A stretch of 64,000 nucleotides of DNA. Origin: Podospora anserina. Lineage: Eukaryota. This document shows, piece after piece, positions 52,611 to 64,000 of the stretch. The notes beneath the pieces were generated by a model. That model had not been told where the DNA came from, made no database searches, and worked only from the letters and a program-made list of their open reading frames with translations. The stretch covers positions 930,001 to 994,000 of the forward strand of contig CM030334.1 of assembly GCA_017654855.1 (NCBI GenBank). Reading direction: 5' to 3'. The position numbers were made by a program, and so were the translations under genes. Positions within the stretch are counted from its first letter, which is position 1, and each line of letters starts with the position of its first letter.

Positions 52611-54021
52611 ATGGATGCCATCACAGAACTCCTCCGCGCCAGAGCTCTCGCAGATCACAAAGCGCGTATTCCCATCGACAGGCTAGATGCCGAACACCGC
52701 AGGCACTTGGTGCGCGCCATCAACAATGTGCTGTCTACCGAGCTCGCTCTGTTCACATACGCTCAGATCATCGACGGCCTTCCCACCGGAGATGTCGCAT
52801 GGGAAGTGAGAAGCCCTCTCCTACAAGGGGAGCACCCGCTGGCAACTGAGCACGAAGAACTCTGCCCCGGCGCAATGGAAAAAGCACGCGAGGTCTGCCC
52901 GAAGTGGGATACGGAGATGCTTAGGTTCAGCCCCCAGGTGCTCAATGCATATCAAAAAACGGCCCCCGGCAGCAAACTGTTCGCAACCCGTCTCATTGAG
53001 ATGGTAGCCGTCGCAATCCACGAGTTCGGTGTGCTTCTCTACCAGCTTGACTTTTGTGTGCACAAGGGAGGACGAGAAGCGGTCGATGCCATTGCCAAGT
53101 GGAAGGAAACCAGCAAGCCCGAATTGTACTCATGGATGACAGACGAGGAATGGTGTCCTCCGGATCCTATCTGCACTGTTTTCCACAGCATACACTACCT
53201 CGACCACGACATCTACCCCCAAGGTGTGGCCGACGTTGTGGCTATTGGGCAGAGGACCGGATTCTCGGCGGCGTCGTTGTCTTTGAGCGTCGGGCAGAGG
53301 AATGCGACGGCCACAACTCCAATTACAGCAACCCAGACCCACCAAATATCTACCTCTCTCCCTCCCGAGCTAAAGTCACAATAAGGGTTACGCAGCTCCG
53401 CGATGAGCAGCAGCAGAAACTGGTCGACTTTTTGCTGCTCGAAGATGCAAGCAAGGCGGCTGAATCAAGCCTGCTGCCCATTCTTGTGGACAAGAAGAAT
53501 CTCAAACGGTTCAAGCTGGAGTCATCCATCGTCAAATATGGATCTTTCGAGATATATGGGAGCGAAAGCCACTGGACCGGGAGGCCCTCAGGTATCTCAA
53601 CAGGCGGCCAGGTTCCGAGCTTGACGATCCTTGGGCCTTTGGCCTTATGGTCATTACCAACAGTGTGTCGGGGAACCCGTTGCCGGCAGGCGTGAAAAGG
53701 CGCCTGGAGGATGAAGAGCCAGGGCTCGCGGAGGCTTATAAGAAGGTAAAGTTGGAGGTGCAGTCGGGGGAGGATAGCGAAACACAGGATGGAAAAGGGA
53801 AGGAAAAGAACGACGCCGGGAAGGGGCTGGATAGTAAAGATGAGAAAGACGGCTCACGAGATAAGGTTACTGAGGTGGTCCAATCGGATGAGAAAAACAC
53901 AAAGCGCAAGATAGCAACTAAGCGCGCGAAAAAACGGAAAAGCGAAGACGGGGTAGAGATTAAAAGTGTAGATAAGTTCTTAAAAAGTTTCCTGGGCGCA
54001 TCTGAACAACCAGATACGTAG
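52611..54021 (+). pseudogene. Fungal hypothetical protein (LALFTYAQIIDGLPT / [26 protein letters not shown] family) with two frameshifts
   Basis: ORFs 52611, 53054 and 53647 join into one protein if one G is added at ~53240 (GTG GC TAT) and one at ~53540 (TAT GG ATC). Confidence 0.75.
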
Positions 54022-54586
54022 GACTATAGCAATTGCGCGGGGTTTAAGTAGAGAATTTTATTTGTTTAATGTCGAGCATGAGACAACTGGCGAGTGTATT
54101 GTGTAGCAGCGTTATCTCGAAATTGAATGATCTACGCCAGCCTATGTGACACCCAACTTGATGTGAACATGCTAAAGTGTCATGTCATAGCTCCATCTTT
54201 TCCACAACCGGAGTTTGAGATGTGCAAGGCTGACAAGGACAAGGCTGCAGCGCCCATGCTTCTGCAGTGCGCCCGACATGCTCCAGGCTCAGGGGCAGGA
54301 GCAACATCCACGTCCCTGTCGGCACCTTGACGGCAGGCCCGTCTTGTTCCGAGTGAAACTGTCACCCATCGACAAACAGCGGCACACACGTCTCCCATAA
54401 TGGCAGCAACCACCATCGTAGGTAGCACGGGCTTTGCCAGTGCTCCTCTGCAGGGGCGCACAGAATGACACAAGTGTGACCAGCAAAACAAACACACAGA
54501 TCGCCCACACCACCTTCAAGCACCTGGCGATGCCAAGACGACAAGTTTCCTTTCGCATTCTTGTCGAAGAATGTCATATCACCACG

Positions 54587-56254
54587 ATGCTATCGACAGT
54601 CGTGTTGGCACTGGCCATCACCAGCACTAGGGCTGCGCTGAGCGTGGACCTCGATTCTGCGGGTGCGCACACTGCCTGCTTCTAGGTACTTCGCGATGCG
54701 AACATTGGCTGACGATTCGCAGACTCGATACGCTTCGCCGCCGGTCTCGTCGCAAGCAAGCTGATGGACTACTACCATGGCGAAGAACCGGGCCAAACCC
54801 CCGGAATCCTCCCCGGGCCCCCTCCCGCAGGACCGTACTACTGGTGGGAAGCAAGTCCACCTCCTCTCCCTCTTCTCCTCAAACGCATAGCTAATGTTGA
54901 ACCATCCAGGGCGGCGCCCTCTGGGGAACCATGGTAGACTACTGGCACTACACCCACTCCCAATTCTACAACGACCTCACCCTCCGCGCCCTCGTCTACC
55001 AAGCCAACCCCCCCCACAACGACTACATGCCCCCCAACTGGACCGCCTCCCTCGGCAACGACGACCAAGGCTTCTGGGGCATGTCGGCCATGCTAGCCGC
55101 CGAAACCACATTCAAAAACCCACCACCCGGTCAACCCCAGTGGTTAGCCCTCGCACAAGCAGTCTTCAACACGCAAGCCGAGCGATGGGACACGAGGTAT
55201 TGCAACGGGGGTTTGCGGTGGCAGATTCCCCTCTCCAACAACGGGTACAACTACAAGAACTCGATTGCGAACGCGATTTTTTTCAACCTGGGGGCGAGGT
55301 TGGCGAGGTACACGAACAACAGGACGTATGCCGAGTGGGCGGGCAAGACGTGGGATTGGATGGAGGGGGTGGGGTATATTGACAAGGAGAATTGGAATGT
55401 GTATGATGGGGGCCATGTGGAGGGGAATTGCACGGATATCAACAGGGCGCAGTTTTCGTACACGGCTGCTATTTTTGTGCAGGGGTGTGGGTTTCTTTAT
55501 AACTATGTATGTTGTTTCCCTGGGATGGATGGGAGTAAGACTATGAACGTACGCCCATGCTAACCTTGATTTCTACTAGACAAACGGCGAGCAAAAGTGG
55601 CGCGATAGGCTCGAGGGACTAACAAACCGAACTTTGAACAACTTTTTCCTTAGTCAACCAAAGGCCGGGATGAGACCGGCGGCTATGGAACCGAGTTGTG
55701 AGTTGGAGGAGAGGAACCAGTGTACGACGGATATGTTGTCTTTTAAGGGGTATCTCCACCGGTGGATGGCGCAGACGACGCAGATGGCCCCGTTTGTGAG
55801 GGGGGTTGTCATGCCGGTGTTGAGGGAGTCGGTGAGGAGCATGGCGGAGAGTTGTTTGCCGGATGGGACGTGTGGGTTTAGGTGGAATAGGGGCCAGTAT
55901 GATGGGAACACGGGGGCCGGGCAGCAGATGAATGCGCTGGGGGCCTTGGTCAGTTTGCTGGTTGAACAACCGGAGGTTAAGGAGGCTGTGACGGCCAAGA
56001 ATGGGGGGACGAGTGCTGGGGATCCGAATGCGGGACGGGAGGGGGAAGTGGGGGAGTGGGAGGGGGAGAGCGAGGTTATTACCGATGCGGATAGGGTTGG
56101 GGCGGCGGTGGTGACGATTTTGATGGTGGGGACTGTGATGGGGATGATGATTTGGGTTAGTGCGACTACGGGGGAGGAGGAGGAGGAGGAGTATGCTAGG
56201 GTTATGAGGGGGGAGAAGAAGAAGGGTAAGGGCAGGGTGATTGAGAGGACATGA
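54587..56254 (+). CDS. GH76 endo-alpha-1,6-mannanase (Dfg5/Dcw1-like); exons 54587-54662, 54724-54850, 54910-55506, 55580-56254
   Basis: Signal peptide, YYWWEGGALWG, LGNDDQGFWG catalytic DD, CNGGLRWQI, YKNSIAN, SFKGYLHRW, GQQMNAL, GTSAGDPNAG. Confidence 0.93.
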
Positions 56255-56866
56255 TATTGGTTTTGTTGGAGGAATGTCACCTGGAGATATCGCTGTTATT
56301 CATTTGGGAGACTGATAAGACGTAGGGATATAAGAGGTACATCAAATGTAACAGCGGCTCGGCAATACGAAATGATTTATATACGAGCAACTACCGATGC
56401 GGTGACAGCGGGATTCGGGGGCGTCGGGTTGGGAAAGGGTGTGATGTGCATTGCTCCGCCATCTCACTGACGAATGGATGGGTATGCTGTGCCAATGATG
56501 CTGGCGTTTCAGAAGGGCTGGGACAATATCAGACCGTGTATTTTATTCGCTACTGATCTTCTTTCTCATCGAGCCCGCCCGTGTTGACAAGAAAATAGGC
56601 CTGGCTTGGCTGCATACGGCAGACACAGAGAATATGCAGGTTTCGGCGCCGAAGGTCTCAGCTTACCCCTCGCTTTCTAGGAGATGATTCCCTTGCTTTA
56701 GCCATCAGTTGTGATCGGTGACTGTCCGACTGATGTTGGGAACTGTGAGAGCTATGGTTTTCGGGCCCGAAACAAGTTTCTCACTGCAGCTGGTGAGCTG
56801 GATTTGCGGTGAACGTTTGGATAGACGCCGATCTGACGTACATATTGCAGGCAGGGATCTGCGTCG

Positions 56867-56897
56867 TGGTGGTGGTGGTGGTGGTGGTGGTGGTGGT
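56867..56897. repeat. (GGT)n microsatellite
   Basis: About 10 GGT units seen directly. Confidence 0.85.
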
Positions 56898-57065
56898 GCT
56901 GTGTAGCCGTAACATTCGGATGAGGCGGGGATTGGATTGGATTCCATGCTGACTGCGGTCGGATCGGGTCGGGCGGTTCGTGTTTGTCTCTCCTTTAAAC
57001 TGGGATGGGATCCCCCTTTTCCTTTCCGTTTTTTTCTCTCCCTCTGCTGTCAACAAACCGCAAAG

Positions 57066-57773
57066 ATGGCACCTGCATTACCACCACGACGCTCACGGAT
57101 CACAAAACGAGACGCCCTTGGCCCTGGATTTGACGATGACGACGACGACGATGGATACAACCCTTGGAGCGACTGGAATGAGAAGTCGTATAACGGACCT
57201 GGAGGGGGGAACAGCGGATCGGATGAAGGAATTTCGAGCGGAGATTTTGGGCGTGACGGGGAGAGGAACAACATCGACTTTGACCTTGACGACAGAGTCA
57301 CCAGCCGGAACAATCGTCTCTCTGGCGGGCAAATAGCGGCGATTGCAGTGTCGATTGTGGTCTTCTTCTTGTTGGTGTCGGGGTTGTGCTTCTGGAGAGA
57401 TCGGCGGAGGAAGAAGCGGAGGCTGGCGGAAGAGCAGACGTTGGCCGATGATGGAGTGAAGAGGGATGTGTATATGAAGGAGCAAGGAGAGGAGCTAAGC
57501 CCTGTGTCGCCTATTAGCACCCAAGGAGTGGGAGGGACGACGCCAACACCGGGACAGGGTATAGGGGGACAGGATGCGCCACCACCATACGAGCCGAGGC
57601 AGCCTGAAGCTGCGCATGTTGCGGGAGGAGAGACAGCAACAGACAGCGGCAATTGGAGACAATCCAGACTTGGGACAGAGGAGGATGATATCATGGTTAC
57701 GGATGGGATGCCGCCTGACAGTGGGAGACAACGAGAGGGAAAAGGGAGTGGGGGACTTGAGATCGGGACTTGA
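57066..57773 (+). CDS. Hypothetical single-pass membrane protein (~235 aa) with cytoplasmic PPPY motif
   Basis: LSGGQIAAIAVSIVVFFLLVSGLCFW TM helix followed by RDRRRKKRR; DAPPPYEP motif. Confidence 0.75.
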   Translation: MAPALPPRRSRITKRDALGPGFDDDDDDDGYNPWSDWNEKSYNGPGGGNSGSDEGISSGDFGRDGERNNIDFDLDDRVTSRNNRLSGGQIAAIAVSIVVFFLLVSGLCFWRDRRRKKRRLAEEQTLADDGVKRDVYMKEQGEELSPVSPISTQGVGGTTPTPGQGIGGQDAPPPYEPRQPEAAHVAGGETATDSGNWRQSRLGTEEDDIMVTDGMPPDSGRQREGKGSGGLEIGT

Positions 57774-58120
57774 ACAGTAGACTCTAGGCATCGGGGGCAA
57801 AGGAACGCGTTCCATTACGGTGACTGGTGGTGAACAAATATCTCTTTCAATTCACCGGTTGACCATCATGCCGTTGATCATGTCCCGAGCTCTTAACTCT
57901 GTCCCGAAGGCGCAAGTTGCTAGGGTGTTGGTGGCAGCGTCCTAATGGCTCGTTCTGTCCTTCTTCCCTTGCATTCCTCCTACTTTGATGTTTGTTCCAC
58001 CGATTGCCCCATACCTCCTTCGGCTCAAACACTGAATCTCTTCAACCGCTAACGCCTTCATGACTTCAAAGCTCCGCTACGTCCTTCAAAACGCTGCTGG
58101 AGAGCCACCAACACTACTGC

Positions 58121-59131
58121 TCAGGTGTCGGAACATATTCCCACACTGATACTCCGCCAGGTGTGACGCCGAAACCAGTAAGATGCCCCATCTGCCGGGA
58201 AAGCCTCGGGCGTGTCCGTGTATTGGTCCTTATGCTGCTCTTTATGCTGCTCTTTATGCTGGTCATGTGTGGGCTGCTTCGATTCAGTCGATGTTGGAAT
58301 GGCTGGCTTGGATTCCGGCGGTGTTGATGGATTGGGGGTCTCGTTGTTCTGCTTCTCTCGCTTGATAAACGACCTCAGCGTTGACTTTGATCTGGTAGGC
58401 ACCTCAACATTCTGGTTCGCCAGTTGCGTCGCGCGGTCGTTTTCTTTCTCCCTCTCCTTATCCTCTCCCCCCTACTTCTGCTTCCGGCTCTGCTCCACCC
58501 TCTTCTGTTCCAACAGCCATGGTTTCATATCCCGGATCTCCATGATTGCCATCAACATCACTGCCTTTCGAAAATTGATGTCCTCCAGATCAGACGACTG
58601 GAAAGAGATCTGTGACCCGGCAACAGCGCGCTCCTTGAAGCAGCATTTTCCCAGATACAACGCCGCATCCACAACGGCCCACTGGTGGTCTGGCAAGGCA
58701 CTGCGATCGTCGACAATCTCCCGAAAGTCTTCCGGGATGACCCTCTGGGCATCTTTGGGCCGCTGCTTGGCCGACTCGAGGGCTTCGAGGACGGCCTGAT
58801 GGACCTCCTGCGGGGTGAAGTTGTGGCCCTCAGCCCGGAATTCCTCAAAGTCGGCAAAGAACTGGAGGAGATCTGACTTCGCACACTTTGACCAGAGCGC
58901 CCGGTCGCGGTAGTACTCGGCCGGGTCGTATGCGTTCACGAGCGCCGGGGACTCGTCAACAAGCGGCGAGGGGGCCGGAGCCTCGCCCGCGGGCGGCAAA
59001 ATCTTGGGCGCTTCCTTGCGCTGCTTCGAGGTCGACCTCGCAGGCGGGAGAGCTCTGCTGGGCCTAAAATCATGGCTTGCGAAGAACGCCAGCGCGTTTG
59101 TTTCGAGATTGACCGTCTTTCTGTATCTCAT
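58121..59131 (-). CDS. Hypothetical protein: 219-aa ORF plus an in-frame 116-codon continuation after a single TAG (58474-58472)
   Basis: ORF 59131-58472, the 23 intervening codons and ORF 58402-58121 are in one frame with only one internal stop. Confidence 0.6.
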
Positions 59132-60191
59132 TTTGTCCTGTGCTTTTGCTGCTGGATTGAGGAACCCGATCGATGTTGCCGAGCACTGAACAGAAATGCC
59201 CTTCGTTGAGGATCTGTTCAGAGCCTAGGTGCAGGGCCTCCACCCCTTTTCCCATATGGAAGGAGCGGCATCAAACGGGGAGACATAGGTACCCGCCCAC
59301 GGTTAAGACTGCCCAAAATTCCCCTGTAGCACACAGTTAAACCCCAAGCATGTCTTCCAGATTGCCTTTGGATACCTACTAACTTGTACCAACTTCGTAT
59401 CCACAACAGAATCGACGGCTGCCATGGCTTTACCGATTCCCTGGACACTCCGGCGGCTGCCAAAGCTCCCTGATCCCGCAAGAGGCAAAGAGCAACCTGA
59501 ATCAACCCCATCCAGCTACACAAGCTGGTTCCGCGTCAACCTCAACTCTGTCAACCTTCGCTCCCAGTGCCATCGACTTTTTCCCATGTTGGCTCGCATT
59601 CCTCGAGCAGGAGACGCACACCTTTAAAAGGCTTATTGGAGAGGGGGCGGTGGATGTGGGGAGAAGGTGGCGCTCCAGTTGATAGTGTAGGCGCCTATTT
59701 AACACTCAGACATCTCTTTGTTCGTCTGAAGAGCCGGTACCACACCCACTCAGCTCTTAAAGACCGGCTAACAGCTGAACGAAATTCGAGAATGTAGCAG
59801 CCATCCATTAAGTGCCCGCCACTCCTATCCGACATCCCGACGCCAGCCCCCACCGATCCAGTGCCGTCGAACCTGATATCCTCGAAACACGAGTAAAGAT
59901 TCCAGGTTACCAGTAGCTTGGATCTAAAGTCGGTTTCTCGTGTTTGTACAACAGTGGCGCGCTAATCTCCGACGCCAAGGCGTTCCCCTGATGCTTTTAC
60001 CATGCGCGCCGCCCTGAGTAAGCCCAGGCCCGTAAGCTGGCCTAGCCTACAAGCAAACCACAAACTTCCACCGCCCTCAGGGGGCCATTCATAAAACCCG
60101 AGATGGCCACAGTTCTACCTCCCAGATCGCGCAAGGAGATTTCGCTTCCCACGTCACGGCATATACGTATGGGTAGTCAACATCAGAGGAT

Positions 60192-61347
60192 ATGGGGGAT
60201 GAAGCATCGTTGAGGACAGTCGAACGCCCTATCTGCGCTGCTATTGCCCACGAAACTCGGTTACCGGAGTGCTACGACGACTGGATCTTGCCAGAGTGTT
60301 ACGACCATTGGGATCTACCAGAGGTCTACATTCCAGTTGCCAATCCCATCGAACCGGGCCAGCGACCGTCTAGGCGAGACAGGGCGAACAAAGTACAGGC
60401 ACCTGCAGCTTTGGGCGAAAAGCAGTCCCCTCCTCCAAGATCCTGTTGGCGACGACACTGGGCTTGGTGGATACTTGCTGTTGTACTCGTTGTGGGAGGG
60501 GCAGCTGGCGGTGCCATAGCCGGTGCTCTCACTCTAACGCGTCGCCAAGGTTTGGACGGCTCAGTTGTATCAGCGTCACCAACACCCATCGAAACGTTAT
60601 CTGGGTAGGTTCTACCTACAGGTTACCGGCACTGCCATGCTTCAAGATTCTAATCGTTCTAGGACCACATCCCTATTTGGATTGACCCAGCCCCACGGCG
60701 CCACGTCGGGCGCGGCATCACAAAACACACAAGGAACAACAACAACAACAACAGCCGGGATCCAAGCTCCTACCGTGCCGACTGACTCGCGCTCAACGTC
60801 TACATCCACAGGCTCAGGCTTCTTACCTTCAAAGCCACAGATACAAGAGACCACCACTTCAGCAACAGCCCCTCAGAAAGACAGCGAGACCGGTACGTTG
60901 GGGGCAACCCACACTCAACGGTCAATCTCCTTGCCAGCGCCAGGCACAACAGTTGAGGGATCCCCAGCAACGCCAATCAAAAGTCCTTCACCGTCCTCCA
61001 ACAGTCCTGAGCCCGCCCCTCTGATGGGTCAGCCATCGAAGCCAACACGCGCTGTCCAGATCGGAAGGGCATCTCGGCCCGGAGAGGCCCGTGACTTGCT
61101 AGAGATCGCTTTCTATCCCGAGAGTCCATGTGACTACGAAGTAATAGGAAACTATGGCACCTGGGTCTGCGACACGCCGTTCGCGCTGGGTGGAACAGAA
61201 TACCAGTGGAAGGGCTGTGGTAGCTATACCTGGTTGGTTTGGGGACCGACTCAGGAGAGATTTGGAGCGTGTGCGGATAAGGTGACTGCTAAGACGCTTT
61301 GCGGCGGTTTGTTGGTGATAGGGGTTTGGTTGTGTAGTCCGGAATAG
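60192..61347 (+). CDS. Type II single-pass membrane protein: LPEC repeats, TM helix, Ser/Thr stalk, C-terminal Cys-rich domain; exons 60192-60604, 60663-61347
   Basis: Phase-2 GTAGGT...CTAAT...TAG intron joins the two ORFs. WRRHWAWWILAVVLVVGGAAGGAIAG TM helix; six Cys in the last ~75 aa. Confidence 0.75.
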
Positions 61348-61820
61348 AGCCAAGCTGACATCTAGAAGATGGCGGCTTTGAGCAACCCAGGGGGGTGTCG
61401 CCAGGTTCTTGTCAAAGCAAATTTATAATCATGCTAAAAGCTATCGAGATCTCAAGCCACGGCGGTTGGCTAGCCCATCAGATACGGGGGTATACCTGTC
61501 AGGTTTTCAGCCGGTGCGGCAACGATGCACGATCACCACCAGTAAAATTACCGCCCCTAGAGCCTTATTCCTCAGACATCAACTTCTGGCCTAGCCCGCT
61601 GAATTCTGATACATTGGTACCAGCCACGCCGCACGATCTGCATCACAATTCAAGCTTTTCGATCACCTGTGCAGAAACGAGGCGTAGATATTGCATGTTG
61701 CCGCCTTGACCCAGATTCTCAACGCAAGGGGACCAAATGTCGAGAGTGTTAAATAATTGAAGTGCCCCTAGCTGGCGTGCCTCTTTGCTGTTCCGGCAGA
61801 TGTTCGACTGTTTTGCGAGA

Positions 61821-62397
61821 GATGGAAAAGCCTACTCCAGCTGAGGCCACGGCCACCAAATGCTTCACCCACTCCGCTGAAGTCTCGAATCTACCGGAAT
61901 GTGTTCACAACATAAGTAGCGATCTCCCTGAGTGCTACGACCATTGGAATCTTCCCGAAGTCTGCGATCATTCGAACCTTCCTGAGGTGTGCAGCTCGCT
62001 CGATCGCGACAATCGATTACCACCTCAGAGCCCCAACACTTCTCAAACCCCATGGTGGCGACGGCACCGCATATTGCTTGTCGTCGTAGCTTTGTTGCTT
62101 CTCGCAGGGTCTGTAGGCGGTGTCGTTGCGGGTGTCCTGGCTTCAAGATCAGCGCAGGACACATCCATTGCGTCGGTGATGCCCTCAACAAGTACCATTC
62201 CCCCACCCGATCAATCCTCAACAACTACCATCCAGGAAACCTTCCCGACATCTACCTCCAGCAGGAGCACAGCTGCTACAATAACAGCCGGCCCATCAAG
62301 TGACGCTCCTGGTCTTAGTCCACCGAGTTTGCCGGAGCCGGCTTTACAAGTCTTTCCGATTAACGTTGGGGAGCCACCGGATACCTCACCGCTATAG
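61821..62397 (+). CDS. Tandem paralog of the preceding gene, C-terminally truncated or decayed
   Basis: NLPECVHN/DLPECYDHW/NLPEVCDH/NLPEVC repeats, WWRRHRILLVVVALLLLAGSVGGVVAG TM helix, Ser/Thr stalk, early TAG. Confidence 0.65.
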
Positions 62398-64000
62398 TCA
62401 TCACTCTTAACAAATACTGGCGCAATTTCGGCGTGGAGCATTCGTTAGGTGGAGGCGTCCAACGATACCTCAAGGGACCAAAGCATGCCGGAGGAAGTGA
62501 TCGCGAGGCCCTACTTGACGTCTGGTGGGACATGGAAGATTGCTGATCTGGAAGAACACCTTTCAGTCTGTGCTACTGCCACGTTGTTCGAACGTACGCC
62601 TTTCTGATTGCGAAACGATTAGCTCTTGAGGATGAAGCGATTACAGCTCGGGGCTCAGCGGCTGACAACCTGGCAACTTACCTACCTCGACGAATGGGTG
62701 AAACGGGAAGTGCGGACTGAATAAAGAGAGGAAGAGCTTGAAGGGGAGGAGGTAACAATGGGAGTGGTGATCATGTTCGCCATGTGTGTATCTGCGGGTT
62801 TAAAGTGACCTGAGAGTGCGGCATAATGATTCGAATTTCCTCCATTGCAGATCTGCGGATAGCGGTATCTTCTTGGGTGACTGATATGTATGTGATCGTC
62901 ACTGAAGACATTTCCCGGCCGTATCGTGCCATTTCTTGCACACGATCCCACAAGAACATCATGTCAAAAGAGCCAGTCAGGTGCTTCCAAGCCCATCACA
63001 AAACCACCTCAACGTGGTAAGCTACCGGTGCGCACAGTATTACCCGTCCCCCATCATCAAGAAGTCTGAACCCGGCACCAGTATCCGACGCCATGATCTC
63101 CAACCATTCACCCCCTTGACAAAATACACTCACCCCCGGCCGTATGTCCCCTTTTCCAGCCACCTACCCATTCCGGTGATGATGCGCATAGCCTTACTCG
63201 ATGACGAAGCTAACAGTACCCCACACTACAATGCGTGACCTGACGTGCAGCATAGTAATAATTACCACACGAAGCATCCCGACAAACAGGCCACACAATG
63301 CCCACCACCACCCCGTCGTCTTCCAGTTCGTAGAAGCCAGGATCGAAGAGCGTGACACCACTCGTGGAGAGGGACAATAGGGGGTGGTGCGCCTTGCCTG
63401 GTAGCTTCCAGACAGCTACTATGACTGATTATCCTCCTGTAGGTCACAGGTTAGACATCCGACGGTCTCAAAGCAGCGGTTGAGCTGTATCGTTTCTGAA
63501 TCACAGCCCCGAGAAGAAATGTCAACGGGGATGTACGAGATGTGTTTGGCTTCGCTGCTGTCGGGATCGCGTGTCTGGACTGCGTTGGTTGTTGCCGTAG
63601 TTGAGACAAGTACAGGACGGACTGCTGAAGCACACTATCGCCTTCTTCAGTGCGTCGTTGGTGGAAGCACCGGAGATGATTGAGCCAGCGGCATTCCCAA
63701 GGTCTTCTTCGAACCGTGACCGTATGGTACTTGAACAGAAGCGGCCACGGCTGTCCATCAGGAGGGCGTGATTTTGTAGTTGTAAGTGTTGGTTCCTTCG
63801 AGGATGAGCCGAGGGATGTAGGCTTCGGGAAGATCATGCCTGGTATCACTGCGATGGAGCCGGTGCTCGCATTTGATCTCGCGGTCGGTTTGAGGGTAGG
63901 GTTCCTGTTGGTGTTGAAGATGGTCTTCGATATCAGACCACTGAACACCTCGGTGTTCGCAAAGCCGCAAGACGCCCTCCCCGTCGATACAGATGCGCTC

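Noticed and set aside
63451-64000. Overlapping minus-strand ORFs at the right edge
   Set aside because: Three competing frames, no recognisable motif, truncated by the window.

Overview
Eukaryotic, intron-containing DNA from a filamentous ascomycete. Short GT-AG introns with CTRAC/CTAAC branch sites, HET genes, RIP-scarred transposons and C-rich/G-rich gene halves suggest Sordariales, probably Podospora/Triangularia (inference). The first ~10 kb holds core genes: the P5A-ATPase SPF1 and mitochondrial malate dehydrogenase. The rest is an accessory, decay-prone region. It contains two HET-domain genes, a GH2 glycosidase, a NIF3/YqfO-like small protein, vanillyl-alcohol oxidase, a signal-peptide-bearing SET-domain protein, a DUF4360-like secreted protein, an MFS transporter, an HD hydrolase, a PTH11-like protein, a GH76 mannanase and several orphans or pseudogenes. 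An amidase pseudogene carries in one intron a RIP-mutated Fot1/pogo transposon with two nested solo-LTRs. Most notable: (1) a very tightly packed three-gene cassette at 36.7-39.4 kb (helical N-terminus + kinase-like gene, DUF6594-like membrane gene, unannotated ~65-70 aa SH3/Tudor-like microprotein), a candidate uncharacterised non-self/cell-death module; (2) an ORF broken by a single in-frame UAG, a candidate for sexual-stage A-to-I stop-codon repair. Family assignments come from motif recognition, not database searches.
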